From contig NW_021833850.1 of NCBI RefSeq assembly GCF_006345805.1, forward strand, positions 1 through 64,000: 64,000 nucleotides of DNA, in the 5' to 3' direction. Of this stretch, positions 50,690-64,000 are shown in pieces (position 1 is the stretch's first letter; every line of letters starts with the position of its first letter). The DNA comes from Octopus sinensis (Eukaryota). The notes below the pieces were generated by a model that made no database searches, was not told where the DNA came from, and was given only the letters and a program-made list of their open reading frames with translations. Position numbers and translations under genes: made by a program.

Positions 50690-51790
50690 CCTCAATACTT
50701 CCAGTTACTATCACGCATCTTCTTTCGGCATGGCCTCCGGGTAGAGGAAAACCACTTGACCTTTCCGGTCAAATGAAAGTTGTGGAGTGAGATTCACGAT
50801 AGACTCGACTTTAAGCCAGACTCGACCAACACGTGACAACAATTGTTCGACAAAACACAATAAATCAACAAAACTCGGACACTGAACGAATGCGTGCATG
50901 GACATTTTGTTGTTCTGTATGCATCTCAGTTAACTGATGGTACTTTTGTGCCGGCAGAGTTTATCTCGAACTGGCAATGTTTCATGCTAAACCAAAGATT
51001 TCTGGAAGTTATTCATCGGCCCCAGAATAAGCCAACCAGCTAATTCTTGTCAGCACTCAGAGTTTCCTCGGAACACTATCATTTTTTCTCTCCACGAATC
51101 ATCTATAGAATACTAAAGTGAAAGTTCTATTCGCTACATTGTCCAATTGACAAAGGACTGTGAGTTCCTGATAGCATTCAATGTGACGGGTGCCCAACAT
51201 TGGTCTATTTGATCTAGAACTGTAACTCAGTCAAAGAGACTAGTTGTGGTAAACGTGCCAATCAGAGGCACCTGCTAATCTTTCAGGAATATCTGTAGAT
51301 GTCGGGTCTTCAGGATATGATGCTACGGTATACCGTACTTTCCGCACAGAGGCTGATAGCAGTATATGGACCTCCTAATCAGTAGAACGCATTCTTTTTA
51401 CAAGAGGCTAAAGAGCAGCTTCAGTCTGGTAAGATGAAAACTAAGGTATATTTTGATGAGAGTATGGGCCATTCTGTTCGTTGCCACGTCCCATCTCATA
51501 TGAGCCTAAGTCAAACCCCGAGCAACTTGACCGACCTGAACTGCCAGCTGGCTGGTGGCATGGATTTGTCCCTCCAGATGTTCACTTATATGTCGGGATT
51601 AATTTTTGCTCCTGTCACCACCCTATATTTATCTAGAATGGTGCTGATCACTCTTACCTCTGTGATGTCAGACACCATTGCAGTGACGTCATCCGCATTT
51701 GCTGCCACTACTTTCTCGCGCCCAAATTCAAAAGCGACACTTCTCAGCACCTACAGATTCTGCAGTAGGTAACTCAAGAATCAGTACATA
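50690..51790 (-). pseudogene. Tx1/L1-clade LINE ORF2 fragment (RT C-terminus to zf-RVT)
   Basis: AANADDVTAMVSD...YRVVTGAKINP (degenerate YADD and the TGAKIN motif) at ~51570-51720. MHAFVQCPSFVDLLCFVEQLLSRVG at 50800-50900. Confidence 0.82.
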
Positions 51791-52544
51791 CATTGGATAT
51801 GAGAACACCCATGACAGTTCAAGTGCGTTACTCCAAAACAGTTTCAATAGATGCCTGTTTGTCTGATCACCACTTAAATGCCGTGATACATTAGCTGATA
51901 TCAGTCTTCATTGTTTTACGATACGTAGACGAAAACTCATCGTCTTATATTGCCGCGGTCTCAAACGATACAAAAAAAATCTATCGGTAAACGACGCCAA
52001 GAAAGTAAAATTGAGTCTAAAAGAATGTGGTACCCTGAAATGAAAATATCAATTGCCATTGAATTTTTCGGTAGTCTAATGACAAAAGGGATTCAACAGA
52101 TGTTCCAAATAGCTTCTAGGAAAAAGTAAGAAAAACTATGAGTCAAACAGTTTCAGGAAATTGCACTCTTAGGATTAGCTAACATTCCGAAGTAGTTCTT
52201 TATGGAAAGTAACGCTCAATTCTCTCGATGAAATACAACCGGTATATAATAAAGAACTTGAAAACAGCAACAGTGGTAACAATTTCTAATAATCTCTGAT
52301 TTCTATAATCAACGGGAGCATGAGAGGCAAAATTGACCCCGGCAGTATTTGAACTCAAAACGTTGTAAAGGGGACATAATTATATACTACATTTCTTCTT
52401 TTTTTTTTTTTTATTACTCTAGCGATTCTGCCAAGCACCACACTTATATATAACAAAGTTTTCTAATATAGATACAAGATCACGTATTCCATTAAAATTG
52501 GTCCCAGTACATGACTGGTATTTCATAGACTCGGAAGGAATGCA

Positions 52545-52606
<62 letters not shown>

Positions 52607-53569
52607 TGCGTGTGTATTTTTAAGGGCTAAGCCAGAGGAGGAAAGCCAGCGTTCTTGACCTTTTTCAAGGCATCGCTGATAGCTTGCAGGAAATCCTCTT
52701 GTAGACCAGAGTCCTGACCGGAATATCCGCAACCGAATAAATTATGTTAAAGCCTGACAAACCTTAGGTAGTGGTTTTCAGTTAGATGACTTATTAAGAT
52801 TACAACCTACGAACAAGAATGGCCCTTCTACTGGGCTCCCTCACCATTTCTGTTTTCAGAATGACACTCACAGGTTTCGGTTGACCCAGGAGAGGCGAGT
52901 ATATTGATGGTTTAATATTTACAGCAAAGACGGTCAATTAGTAGAGTCGTTACAGTGTTGGCTAGAATTCTTTGTGGTATTTGTTCAGACTCTTCGAGTC
53001 CCGAGTTCAAGCTCTACCAAGGTCAATGTTGCCTTTCATCCTTTCAGAGAGTAAAAAAAAAAACTACCAACCCACAGGGTGAGGATCGGTGTAACTATTA
53101 GGGAGACGGGCGAGATGCCTTGCAATATCTGTACTTGCTCTTTACGTTCTGACAGCAACATCTGTGACAATACAAAATCTAAAATGTTTGAGCCCAAGAC
53201 GGTGGCTTAATTTTATATAAATATCGGTGGCGTGCAGCAAGTGACTTCCAGATTTCTTCAAAAGAATATAGCCCAGTTCATAGTTACCTCTCTTCGGTAT
53301 CGGGTGGTGAATACGACAAGAGCCAGTGAATGCTTATCCAGCGGTCAACATAAGGCGATTTAAACTGAAGATGGCATATTTTACATTAAGTGAGAATTTC
53401 TTCTTCACAGTAAACTGTACTGAAATTGCTTCTAGAAGTTCATTTATGTCCTAAACGTATACGAACAACCTAAAGTTTGCTTTTGTTTATATATGTATGT
53501 ATACACATATAAACGTTGTAAAGGTGCATGTATATATGTATATATCTATATGTATGTGTTTGTCCATCT

Positions 53570-53935
53570 TTACGTTCTGAGTTCAAATTCTACCGCGGTC
53601 GACTTTACTTTTCATCCTTTCGACGTCGATAAATTGAGAACTCGTGGAGTACTGGGGTCGTTGTAAATCCCTGCCCCAAAATTTCAGGCCTTGTGCTTTT
53701 AGAAGAAAAGATGATGAAGCTGACGAGCTGCTAGAATTGTTAGCGTGTCGACCAAAATGCGTAGCAGCATTTTCTTCCAGTTCTTCACATTCCGAGTTCA
53801 AATTCCGCTGAGGTCGACTTTACCTTTCATCCTTTCGGGGTCGATAAAACAAGTACTAAAATAAATTGTGTACTAAGGTCTATGTAATCGACTTAACCCG
53901 TTCTCCAGAATTTCGGTCTGTATGCCTATAGTAGA
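53570..53935 (+). mobile_element. Two degenerate SINE family A copies
   Basis: GAGTTCAAATTC B-box and CTTTCATCCTTTCG central motifs at ~53580 and ~53795. Confidence 0.75.
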
Positions 53936-54439
53936 ATGGATTATCATTGTGATGACGGTGATAGTGGTGGTGGTGGTTGAGATGGTCCTGGTGGCGGTGA
54001 TGATGGACGTGAGGTGATACAATGGTGGGTTTTGGTGAGGTGCTGTAGGAGGAACAAAGAGGATGGTAGTAGGTAGGAAAATGATGCATTGAACCAGGAG
54101 AAAGGGGAGAGGGAACAGCCAAGGGTGGGACGTTGGTCTGTTTGTGGAGCTGGCTTTGCACGCAAAGTGGGGTACAGTGAACGATGACTGGGCAATGGCG
54201 TGTATGTAAATGATGATGATGATGATGATGATGGTAGTGGTGGTTGTGACGATGATGATGATGATGATGTTGACGATCGTGTTGATGATAATGATAGTGA
54301 TGATGATGATGATGATGACGACGACGATGATGCTGATGCTGATGCTGTTGATGAAGTATAAGAAGCTGAATCACATTAATAGATAACAGGAAAGCAGTAG
54401 ATATAGCGGTGGGAAATATGTACACATATCTATGCGTGT

Positions 54440-54524
<85 letters not shown>

Positions 54525-54981
54525 CGATAGAAACAGAGAGAGAGCAGATGTATCTCGCAAGTCACACGCACATACACGCATGCATGCGTCCGTGTACAGA
54601 TATGTGTGTGTGTGAGTGAGTGTGTGTATAAAGTTTGTTATTTTGTTGTTTGTATGCGTGTGTGTGTGTGTGTGTGTATTTGTCTGTTTATGTGATTGTT
54701 TGTGTGTGTGTGTTTTAGGTAGGTTTGTATGGTGTTTCTGTGTGTACATAAGTGTTTTTTTAATTATAGATTAATAGATATGATTGCACGCACAGTCACA
54801 CACGCACTCACATACGCACAAACGCGCAAACACACACAACATATGTATGTATATATATTATTATATATATATATATACTTATATACATATATATATATTT
54901 ACATATATTTATATATATATATATATATATCTATATATATATATATATTATATATATATAGATGTATATGTATATATACAT

Positions 54982-55013
<32 letters not shown>

Positions 55014-55486
55014 TAATATATATATATATATAAAATGCGTGAGTATATGTGTACACGCTGAGAGGAAAGCACGACAGTGGAGGGAAGAAAGGCAAGCATG
55101 AAAGAGAGAGAGAGAGAGAGAGAGAGAGATTGAAGGGGAGTGGAGAAAGAAGAAGAATGAGATAATTTTTTTTCATAAGTATAAATAAATCTTCAAAGGC
55201 CTATATTGGTAGCTTTTCCTTTGATGTTTGGAAATTCCTCCTTTCTTCTTACCTCCCTCCCTCCCTCCCCTGCCACTACGATTTCTTTCCTTCCTTCCTT
55301 CCTTCTTTCTTTCTTTCTTCCTTTTCTTTCTTTCTGCTATGATTAAGATTCTCGAAGTCTTCTGGAGTTCGTCTCAATTTTCTGCAGTTTATTATATTGC
55401 GATTGCCATCTAATAATTCTTGGAAATATTTTTTTTTTCTTCTACACTTCTCTTTCTTTCCGTCTATCTCTGTCATTCTTCCTCTT

Positions 55487-55523
<37 letters not shown>

Positions 55524-55912
55524 GTCATCATCATCGTCATCGTCGTCGTCGTCGTCGTCGAATTCAGCGTAGTCGTCGTCGTTATCATAATCATAATGAG
55601 TATCATCGTTACACATTATTATTATAATATATATATATTTTTTAAATTTTCATAATTATTATTATTAAATAGACATTGCAGATTCTAATTAGAAAATACT
55701 TCTAAAGGAAATAGCGGAATTTTTATTTATTTCTCAATTATTTAATGCCGACTTCAACAGGAGATTTAATAAACATAGTTATTACTGCGTTAAAAGTATA
55801 TGTATGAATGTATACAATTGTATATGTATACATACATACATCCATACATACATACATACATACACACATACATACATACATACATACATACATACTATAT
55901 ATATATATATGT

Positions 55913-55965
<53 letters not shown>

Positions 55966-56429
55966 TTACATATATATACATATATAGACATACATACATA
56001 CATATACTATATATATATATATATATATATATACATACAACATACATCATACATACAAAATTCAGTTAGCGAACTACATCCATACGTATGTATTTGTATG
56101 TATATGTGAATACATCTAAATATAATGCTTATGTGCGTGTGCATGTTTATGCGCGTGTGCACACACACACAATACGCACGCACACAACAGATGTATAGAG
56201 TTTCAGCCCGTCCGCCTAGTATTCTGAGTAATGTTTCTGGGGTAACAGTTAGGCCAGGTGACTCCATCATAGAGGTGAAACCTTTGTCGTAGTGAGATGG
56301 TATCCCATGTGATCCACTGGGTCTTGTCACGGGTTCCAAAGTCACCCTACCCATATTGGATAGTGAGACTTTCAGTAAATGCCCATCACTAGAACTATTA
56401 AAATTATCCGTATCTCTATAACCCTTCAG

Positions 56430-56790
56430 GACCAGTCTAACTTTAGTATCTAGGATAATCTTAATTCTATCGTATCAGCTTCGCTTAAGAATCTCATTAT
56501 AGTATTCAGTATTATTGTAAAACATCTGTTCTTTGGCGGAGAGGATGGAAACCCTAATCGAGATATTCAAAATTAATCCACCGACAACATATTTGGGATG
56601 GTGTGATTGTCTATGGGTGTAACGGAGGCTCTTGTTACGTTTGCCATACGAAAAATATAATCCTCAATCTAGATACAATGTAATGTCTAAAAAGTTAACC
56701 TTCTTACAGCACTACTACACTTTTCAAGAAATATAGAGATGAAAGTTCCGCAAAAAAAGGTGGAAATGATTCAAAAACCTCTCCAAGTAA
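56430..56790 (-). pseudogene. Penelope-like element RT C-terminal/thumb relic
   Basis: KKVNFLDITLYLD*GLYFSYGKRNKSLRYTHRQSHHPKYV...RVSILS...YNEILKRS*Y matches the PLE pattern VNFLD.T...KP....Y.H..SNHP...L..SGY. Confidence 0.75.
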
Positions 56791-57023
56791 TATACTCCCC
56801 TTTTGGGTCCGACGTATCAACGACATATTAATTGAATGAGCATAGATCTAGTTGAATTTTCCACTGCCACGTGTATGCTGAATACAATTTTCATGTAGCA
56901 TCTGCATGATACTGTGTTCCATGCCTTGAAAGATAAGCCTGAAGAGAAGCCTGAGGTATATATGGTATATATAATATATATATATAATATATATATATAA
57001 TATATATTATATATATATATTAT

Positions 57024-57255
57024 ATATCAGAAACAAGATAAAAATGATGGTCATTACATATTCTTTTATTGGAGCAATTTGGCTCACAGCTATTTCCAGT
57101 AATCATTACAGGTATATTGTTGATAGGTTTACTCAATTGATCGCTTCCTATTAGTAATGTACCTATAATGACTACTGGAAACAGCTGTAAGCCAAATTTG
57201 CTCCAATAAAGGAATAATATGTAATGACAATTATATTAAACTTGTTTCTTATATA
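57024..57255. repeat. Palindrome centred on CAATTG (~57135-57140)
   Basis: AGAAACAAG...GTCATTACATATT..TTTATTGGAGCAA is mirrored at 57190-57255, between TA runs. Confidence 0.85.
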
Positions 57256-57896
57256 TCACTCTGTATAGAAACCAGTTTGTCCGGAGACCATCCATTGATT
57301 AACAATATAGAATTGTGATGAACCATAACCTTGGATCCTACCAAAAGATTACCTGGTGTTTTTCGCTAATCTAAGTAATATTGTTTGCCTGGTGGGCCAA
57401 CAGAGAGCTTATGATGTATTTTGCCCGGATTGATAATCCCTCATTATTTGTTCTATGTGTGAGTGTGTGTATGTGTGTCTCCTTGTGTTTCCGTCTGTCA
57501 CCCCACTGCTTAACAACCGGTGCTGGTTTGTTTACATCCTCCCTCCTCCGTAATATAGCAGTTCGGCAAAAAGTCCGGTAGAATAAGCACATGGCAAAAA
57601 TTATTAATGGAATCGATTTGTAAGATTAAACCCTTCAAAACAGTGCCCCAGTATGGCCGCACTCCAGTGACTGCAACAAATAAAAAAAATAACTACATAC
57701 ATTCGTACTTTACTACTCCATACGTGGTTATGTACATACATGCAATTATGCCTACATACATAATACATACATACATACATATACACACACATACATGCAT
57801 ATACATACGTATACTTACATACACACATACATGCATATATATATATATACACACATATACATACACTTACATATACACACGAACATACATCATACA

Positions 57897-57928
<32 letters not shown>

Positions 57929-59799
57929 CATACACACACATACATATATACATACGTACAAACATACATACACACATACATGCATGCATGCATACTAACA
58001 GATACACGTGTACATACAAACATACATTGGCACATACGAATAGACATCTCTCTCTGAGGACGGACACACACACCCACACAAACATACTTAGCCATTAAAG
58101 GAAAACACGATCACACTCACGTGACGAATTGTAAATTATCTGTAATTCAAAACGATAAGCGAACGATCAAATGAACATCAGAGAAAAATTTTGATTTGAT
58201 TCTTTTCATCAGACTTGTAAAATTTTTTGATGAAATATTCAAACGGACGTTTAGCTTTGTATTGGAAGAAAATAACTATTTGTAACCGAATTGAAGCCTG
58301 ACTGCACAAACAAACGAGTAAAATAGAGATACAAAGCCTCAATCCATTTGATCATTGTAACGCTACTGAAAACTAGGTTGTTGTTGCTGCTGTTGATGTT
58401 GTTGTTGTTGTCGTCTAGCCCTAGGATGACCCTGATTGAGCAGACCTGTGGTGAAAATTATTCTACCCGTGATTCTCCCTTCGTTTTTTTCCCGTTATTT
58501 TTTTTTTGAGAACCGTTTTAAAAACAGTTATAATTTGTTGAACATTTGGCTGCTATTTCTGACAAATTGAGCGACCACATAGAGATGCTCCTCGTTAAGC
58601 TGTCCAGGGGGCTAAGAAAGCTATAAGGAAATATTAACATTAAAGACTATTATTTTTGTTGATCACTTCTGACTGTTTCAGAGTTAATCTATATATCATT
58701 AACATTATTTAGAGCTAGAAGCAGAAAAGCAGAAATTACACATATATACTTCATAATTTAATTGTGCTCAACAGCTGTTTCATTGGCATAGGACATCATT
58801 ATATATAATTACATAATAATGATACATAATAGATTTTATTAATTTCAAAGTAATGTGGCATCCAAATCGCCACGAGGAAAGAGAAATGAAAAAAAATTAT
58901 CAATAAAATGAAAATAAAATGAAAATTAGGCTTGTAATGTCAGACATTTAAGTGGTAAGGGAGGAAATGGGGGTAACTAGACGCCTGTAGCATCATAAGG
59001 GTTTCAGTCAGCAGTAAATTTAAGGTCCTCTAGTCATTCCCACTCCCTTCTCTCATCACCTATTTTCAATGAAATTATAGCCTTGATATATTTTATTGAT
59101 ATATTTTTATCATTTCGTTTTTGGATTTAGTTTGCAAGATTCTTTATATGAGTTCGTGTGTTGAAGCATATTCTGTTGTGTCTGGGGAGAGTCATTTTCT
59201 TTTTGTGCCTTATAATGTAACACACACACCGGTAAAATTTCCACTTGATTTCTTATTTTTATTTATATTTTATTTTTATTGTTAGATTAGTACTAAATTT
59301 CTCACCAAGGTGATCTCTAATATACATTATTCCATCAAAATGATGTCATTTATTCGACCTACCCATGGCAAAAAATAAGCACTTCTAAAATGACTACATG
59401 TACGTATTTTCCTTGTCTGGGGATCTAGGTTTTATCATTCTAACAAGATTTTTTGCAATTTGCAGATGCAAGAACTACCAGTTCAAAGCTCCACATACCG
59501 AATGCTAGCAAGATTATGGGGTCATCAGGAGAGAACGCTCGCCATTTCGAGGCCTGCTTCTCAATAGCATCATTGCGAACCGGCACCTCCCCCTTCACTG
59601 AAATGAGGTGGCGCTTGCTAGATCAACTGGTTATCAGGTTTCGCTCAATATTCTTAAAGCCATTGCTCATCGTCTCTTTTAAACCAAATCCAATGGTTTG
59701 CTTTTTCCATTGTAGATAAGAAAAAAGGCAAGCTACTGGATTTGTATGTATTTCTCGCAACCATATTAGAGTTCGAGAGGTATCTGAGGACATATTTAA

Positions 59800-60410
59800 A
59801 AATTTAACAAAATAACTCTAATCAAGTAAACAACAAATGTATTTTAATAAAAAAAATTGTGCACATCTCGATATGTTTTTTTGTTTTATGAGATTATTCA
59901 ATGAATCTGCCTTAAGTTTCGATGACTGCTTCGAAGCGAGATTGGAATCGTTGATATGTCTACACTCATGGCCGGCTCAAGGTACCGGCAACTCGGGCAG
60001 TCACCCGGGGCGCCATGTACATTTTAGTCTACATTTTCAGTTTTTCTCCTTGTGAAATTAAAAGAAATTATACTTGTAATGGCACCGAAATTCAGCTTGC
60101 CCGGAGCGCCAGCAAACCTATGGCCGGCCCAGTCTACACTAGGTGGTTCTTATTCCTTTCAGACATGACCTAGACACTGGTGGCCTTCAATGAAGCAATA
60201 GCATTGTGAGGGTGTCGATTAGTCTCCCTTTTAGCAACTCTTTAAACGAAGGATTTAAATCTGGCAAGTTTGGAGGTCACAAGTTTGCTGTTACATGATA
60301 GTAAAAACTGTCTGGCACCTGTTTTAGGGTTACGTAGACTTTGTGAGATGCTGTGTCTTGTTCAACCATGTATGCCTTCCAATGCCTGCTTCATCCATTT
60401 AGGTCAACCC
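59800..60410 (-). pseudogene. Second DD37D (maT)-type transposase relic, interrupted by a hAT MITE
   Basis: WMKQ..YMVEQDTASHKVYVT...FYYHVTANL*PPNLPDLNP...KRETNRHPHNAIASLKA...NKNHL, then after the insertion QRFQSRFEAVIET*GRFIE*. Confidence 0.8.
59967..60132. mobile_element. hAT MITE with 8-bp target site duplication
   Basis: TIR-like ends CATGGCCGGC / TGGCCGGCCCAG are flanked by exact TCTACACT copies at 59959-59966 and 60133-60140. Confidence 0.88.
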
Positions 60411-60418
60411 CAATTGAA

Positions 60419-60653
60419 TGACTCCAGGTAAAAAAAAAGTCACAGGTAAAAAATTCGCAAGAAAAAAGTCACGGAAAAAAAGTTACAGGTAAAAAGTAAC
60501 AGGGGTTTTGTCCGGGTGGGGTGGGGTTGTCCGAGGGGTTTTTATCCTAGTAGGGTGGGGTCCGGATCCCATAAATTAATTGTGACTTTTTTCCTAGCCA
60601 AAATTGTGACTTTATTACGGTGATTTTTTCCCCTGTAACTTTTTTACTAATCA
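60419..60653. mobile_element. Foldback-type MITE with subterminal tandem repeats and 8-bp TSD
   Basis: About five AAAAAGT(C/T)ACAGG units at the left and inverted TGTGACTTTT units at the right. TGA...TCA ends are flanked by CAATTGAA at 60411-60418 and 60654-60661. Confidence 0.7.
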
Positions 60654-61775
60654 CAATTGAACAGACCTATCATCGAAGGCATTTTAACTGTTTATAGCCT
60701 GTCTTTTTAGGAATAGATTATGTGTGTCTTTTCTTATTTATTAAAGATAGGTAAAGAGACCAATTAGTAAGTGTTACATTGGTTCGCGTGGGTTGGTTTT
60801 CCACTCTGGTAACCAACCTGTCACTAATTTCCCTTTTCCGTTTGGGCAGCGAAGCTATTCACAATATGATATTCAAGAGGGTTTGTAGGTTTCAGTAAAT
60901 TTAGTTGCTGCAAAGATTGAAACAGTGTGACGTTTCAGGTACAAATACCCCCGAAGTACTCTTGTCCGCAAACGTTAGATTATTTTTATACCTCACCAAA
61001 CTCTCCTCCAAAATGTCATAAGTACCGTTGCTAACATCCAGCCTTACCACATGCTTCACATTGAGGATTTTACAGTGGTCATAATATGTGCAGGCATTTA
61101 GAAGCGTACATGAAAGGGAGCGTCATGTAGTCGAAATTTCCAAGTACTTCACTGAGCTTCTACGGATTTTTGCAGAAGTGAAATTTCAACGCATTCTCGT
61201 CTGCTTTCCTTTGATTGAATGTGTGTGCGCGTGCGAATTTTGACGCATTATTTGAGCTTCCATGCATTCTTATAGATTTTTCTAAATATCTGTTAATAGA
61301 TACAAATTTCTGTGAATTTCGTAGACTTCCTTCCATTTCTGTGAGCTCCTTTTGGTTTCCGAAGATTTCTGTGCGCTTCAGTTGTTTTTTTTACTTTGTC
61401 TGTTCCAATCATTTTGTATCTGGCATTCGTGTTAACTTGCCCAATCAAGTTAATAATATCTGTGTTTTTATTATAATTCATGCATGCGTTTTAACCTACT
61501 TTAGAAGTACAGTTAATCGTAATTGTTGTTAAGTCTTTTGGTGTATTCGTGTGTCATTTTTTAACATTCTATTTCTTCCTTAATTTCTATGTAAATGTTT
61601 ACAGGAAGTTACTTAGACGAACGTCTGCGTGGTTGTTGTTGTTTGCGCCATATTTGCTATTATTAGACATACCTATTATTAAAAATGTCCAAGTGATAAC
61701 TGTCTCGTCATTTATTCAGACACAGTACATCTAAAAATATTTCATCTACGATCTACATCCTTAATAGGAAAGTAT

Positions 61776-61926
61776 AGGCGCTGGAGTGGCTGTGTGGGAA
61801 GTAGCTTGCTTACCAATCACGTGGTTCTGGGTGGCACCTTGGGCAAGTGTCTTCTACTATAGCCTCGGGCTGACCAAAGCGTTGTGAGTGGATTTGGTAG
61901 ACGGAAACTGAAAGAAGCCCGTCGTA

Positions 61927-61973
<47 letters not shown>

Positions 61974-62181
61974 ATATGCTTGTGTGTCTGTGTTAGTCCC
62001 CTACCATCGCTTGACAACCGATGCTGGTGTGTTTACGTCCCCGTAACTTAACGATTCGGCAAAAGAGACCGATAGAATAAGTACTAGGCTTACAAATCTG
62101 GGGGCGATTTGCTCGACTAAAAAAAAACGGTGCTCCAGCATGGCCGCAGTCAAATGACTGAAACAAGTAAAAGAGTAAGAG
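61776..62181 (+). mobile_element. SINE family B, full length
   Basis: Colinear with 20845-21263. Confidence 0.9.
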
Positions 62182-62624
62182 TATAATTTTAGGCATTTGC
62201 CTCGAGCAAGTCAACTATCGTGTGATAGACTGAGCAGTTCTTGTTTAGCTCCAACAAACCCTGATCAAGCGGACCAATAATCAAAGGACAAGGACATGAC
62301 TATGAACACCTTCAATTCTGACAAATTGTTTTTAGAATTACATTGTTCAAGGAGTTCTACCACCGTTTAATAAAATCCAGATGTAATTGGAATGGAAGGA
62401 CTTGTGTTCGTTATTTCCGAAGATACTCTATTATTGGCTACAAAAGTGTATATCATATTACAAATAATTTTTATTTTAAATTAGTGTTTAAATAGAAGAC
62501 AAAGACGAAAAATTGTCCCGATGCCTCTATAACTTTTCGTTAAAGGCAACCGCAATCAATTTACGTTGCTTCTAAGAGACAATTCTTACTAGGCATTACT
62601 GGCCCCCGAATATCTTAAAGAAAC

Positions 62625-62945
62625 CTTTCGGTCATGAATGACCATGGGATTGCACCTAGAATGTTACCCTCCAAGGCACAAGTCCGGGCAAGGTTGTTTA
62701 TGGAAGACCAGCAGTCGCCCATGGAATGCATACTAGTCTTCACTCTCCACGGCACCAATGTTATCCAAGGGGAAGGCAAAGGCCGATACAGCTTGGTACC
62801 AATGACGTCGCAACTAATTTCTATAACTGAGTGAACTGGGGCATCGTGAAATAAAATGACTTGCTCAAGAACACAACATTATCCAGGAATCGAACTCACT
62901 GTTTCATGATTGTGAGCCCAATACTCTAACTACTAAGCCATGCGC
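62625..62945 (-). mobile_element. CORE-type tRNA-derived SINE
   Basis: On the minus strand a tRNA-like head is followed by TTGAGCAAGTCATTTTATTTCACGATGCCCCAGTTCACTCAGTTATAGAAAT, which aligns by eye with the CORE domain (TTGGGCAAGTCACTT...CTCAGTTTCCTCATCTGTAAAAT). Confidence 0.65.
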
Positions 62946-63284
62946 CTATATTTGACAGTGACGTTAAGGTTTGTTTATGGGATTCTTTAGTGCACAATTT
63001 GTGCGTGTGTGTGTGTGTGTGTGGGGGGGTCTGTGTTTGTCCAACACCACTGCTTGACAGCTGGTGTGTTCAGGTAACTTAATGGTTCGGTAAAAGAGAC
63101 CGATAGAATATTTTTGTTCAAAGCTCTAATGATTCTACCAATCCACTACTCTTCTAAATATGTACTATAGCCTCGGGCTAACCAAAGCCTTGTGAGTGGA
63201 TTTGGTAGATGGAAACTGAAAGAAAGCCCGTTGTGTATATATATAATAATATATAATATATAATAATTATATATATAAATATAT

Positions 63285-63354
<70 letters not shown>

Positions 63355-63432
63355 TATGTATATATATATGTATATAATATATATATTATATTATATATAT
63401 ATATGTATATATATAATATGTATATATATAAT

Positions 63433-63465
<33 letters not shown>

Positions 63466-63880
63466 TATGGGGACGGGGTATATCTAATTGTGTGTCTTTG
63501 TGTATGTATTTGTCCCCCACCGTCGCTTAACAACCGTTGTTAGTGTGTTTACGTCCGGATAACATACCGGTTCGGCAAAAGACACCAGTAGAATAAGTAA
63601 TCGGCTTTAGAAAATAAGTCCTGAGCACCAAAACCCGTCAAGGCGGTGCCCCACCGTGGCCTCAGTCAAATGACTGAAACAAGTAAAAGATAAAATATAT
63701 AGGCATAATCCAGAAAGGATATTAAAGAATGAAAAAACATACCATGCACCAATCGACTCAGAAATGAGACCAAAACTAATGAGTCGGCGATTGTTGTCAA
63801 GGAAACCCGGATAAAAAGTGCTTCCTTATAGAAGTATTAGTCTAAAAGTATAACTCTAAAAGAATTAGAGAAATTTACTA

Positions 63881-64000
63881 CCGTATTTCCTGGCATACAC
63901 GTTGAAGTTTTCAGACCAATATTACAGCCAAGAAAGGTAGGTCGACATATACGCCCAGACGACTTTGAAGGACCAAAGTTTCCTTTGAAAATGCTGAAGA
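63881..64000 (+). mobile_element. pogo/Tc1-like element start (runs off the window)
   Basis: TA^CCGTATTTCCTGGCATA terminal motif. Confidence 0.45.

Noticed and set aside
53880-54749. 289 aa His-rich ORF
   Set aside because: It is made of (CA)n and (CAT)n microsatellites.
59453-59719. Stretch with higher sequence complexity next to the maT relic, considered as an exon or transposase part
   Set aside because: No recognisable motif was found in any frame, and there are multiple stops.

Overview
AT-rich, microsatellite-saturated eukaryotic non-coding DNA. The tRNA-derived SINE families and repeat landscape point to an octopus (coleoid cephalopod) genome; this is inference, not a database result. 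No host protein-coding gene is recognisable, and almost all ORFs in the supplied track are translations of (TA)n, (CA)n, (TACA)n or trinucleotide repeats. The window is a transposon graveyard. It holds a two-LTR Ty3/Gypsy element lacking RT/RNaseH, the 3' end of an autonomous Helitron (open PIF1-type helicase frame plus canonical hairpin-CTAG end), several non-autonomous Helitrons, two DD37D (maT) transposase relics, three Tx1/L1-clade LINE 3' ends, a Penelope-like RT relic, hAT/mariner/pogo/piggyBac-type MITEs, four long palindromes and many SINEs. The most interesting signal is a set of minimal type I hammerhead ribozyme motifs from three unrelated repeat families, all on the minus strand. 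Two near-canonical copies at 24965-25136 sit in a rearranged element that reconstructs to a ~324-nt retrozyme-sized monomer. Two copies at 5842-5899 and 49169-49227 show compensatory base changes in stems I and II. Three further copies are degenerate. A templated inverted insertion inside the Gypsy gag, resembling an end-joining repair scar, is also notable.
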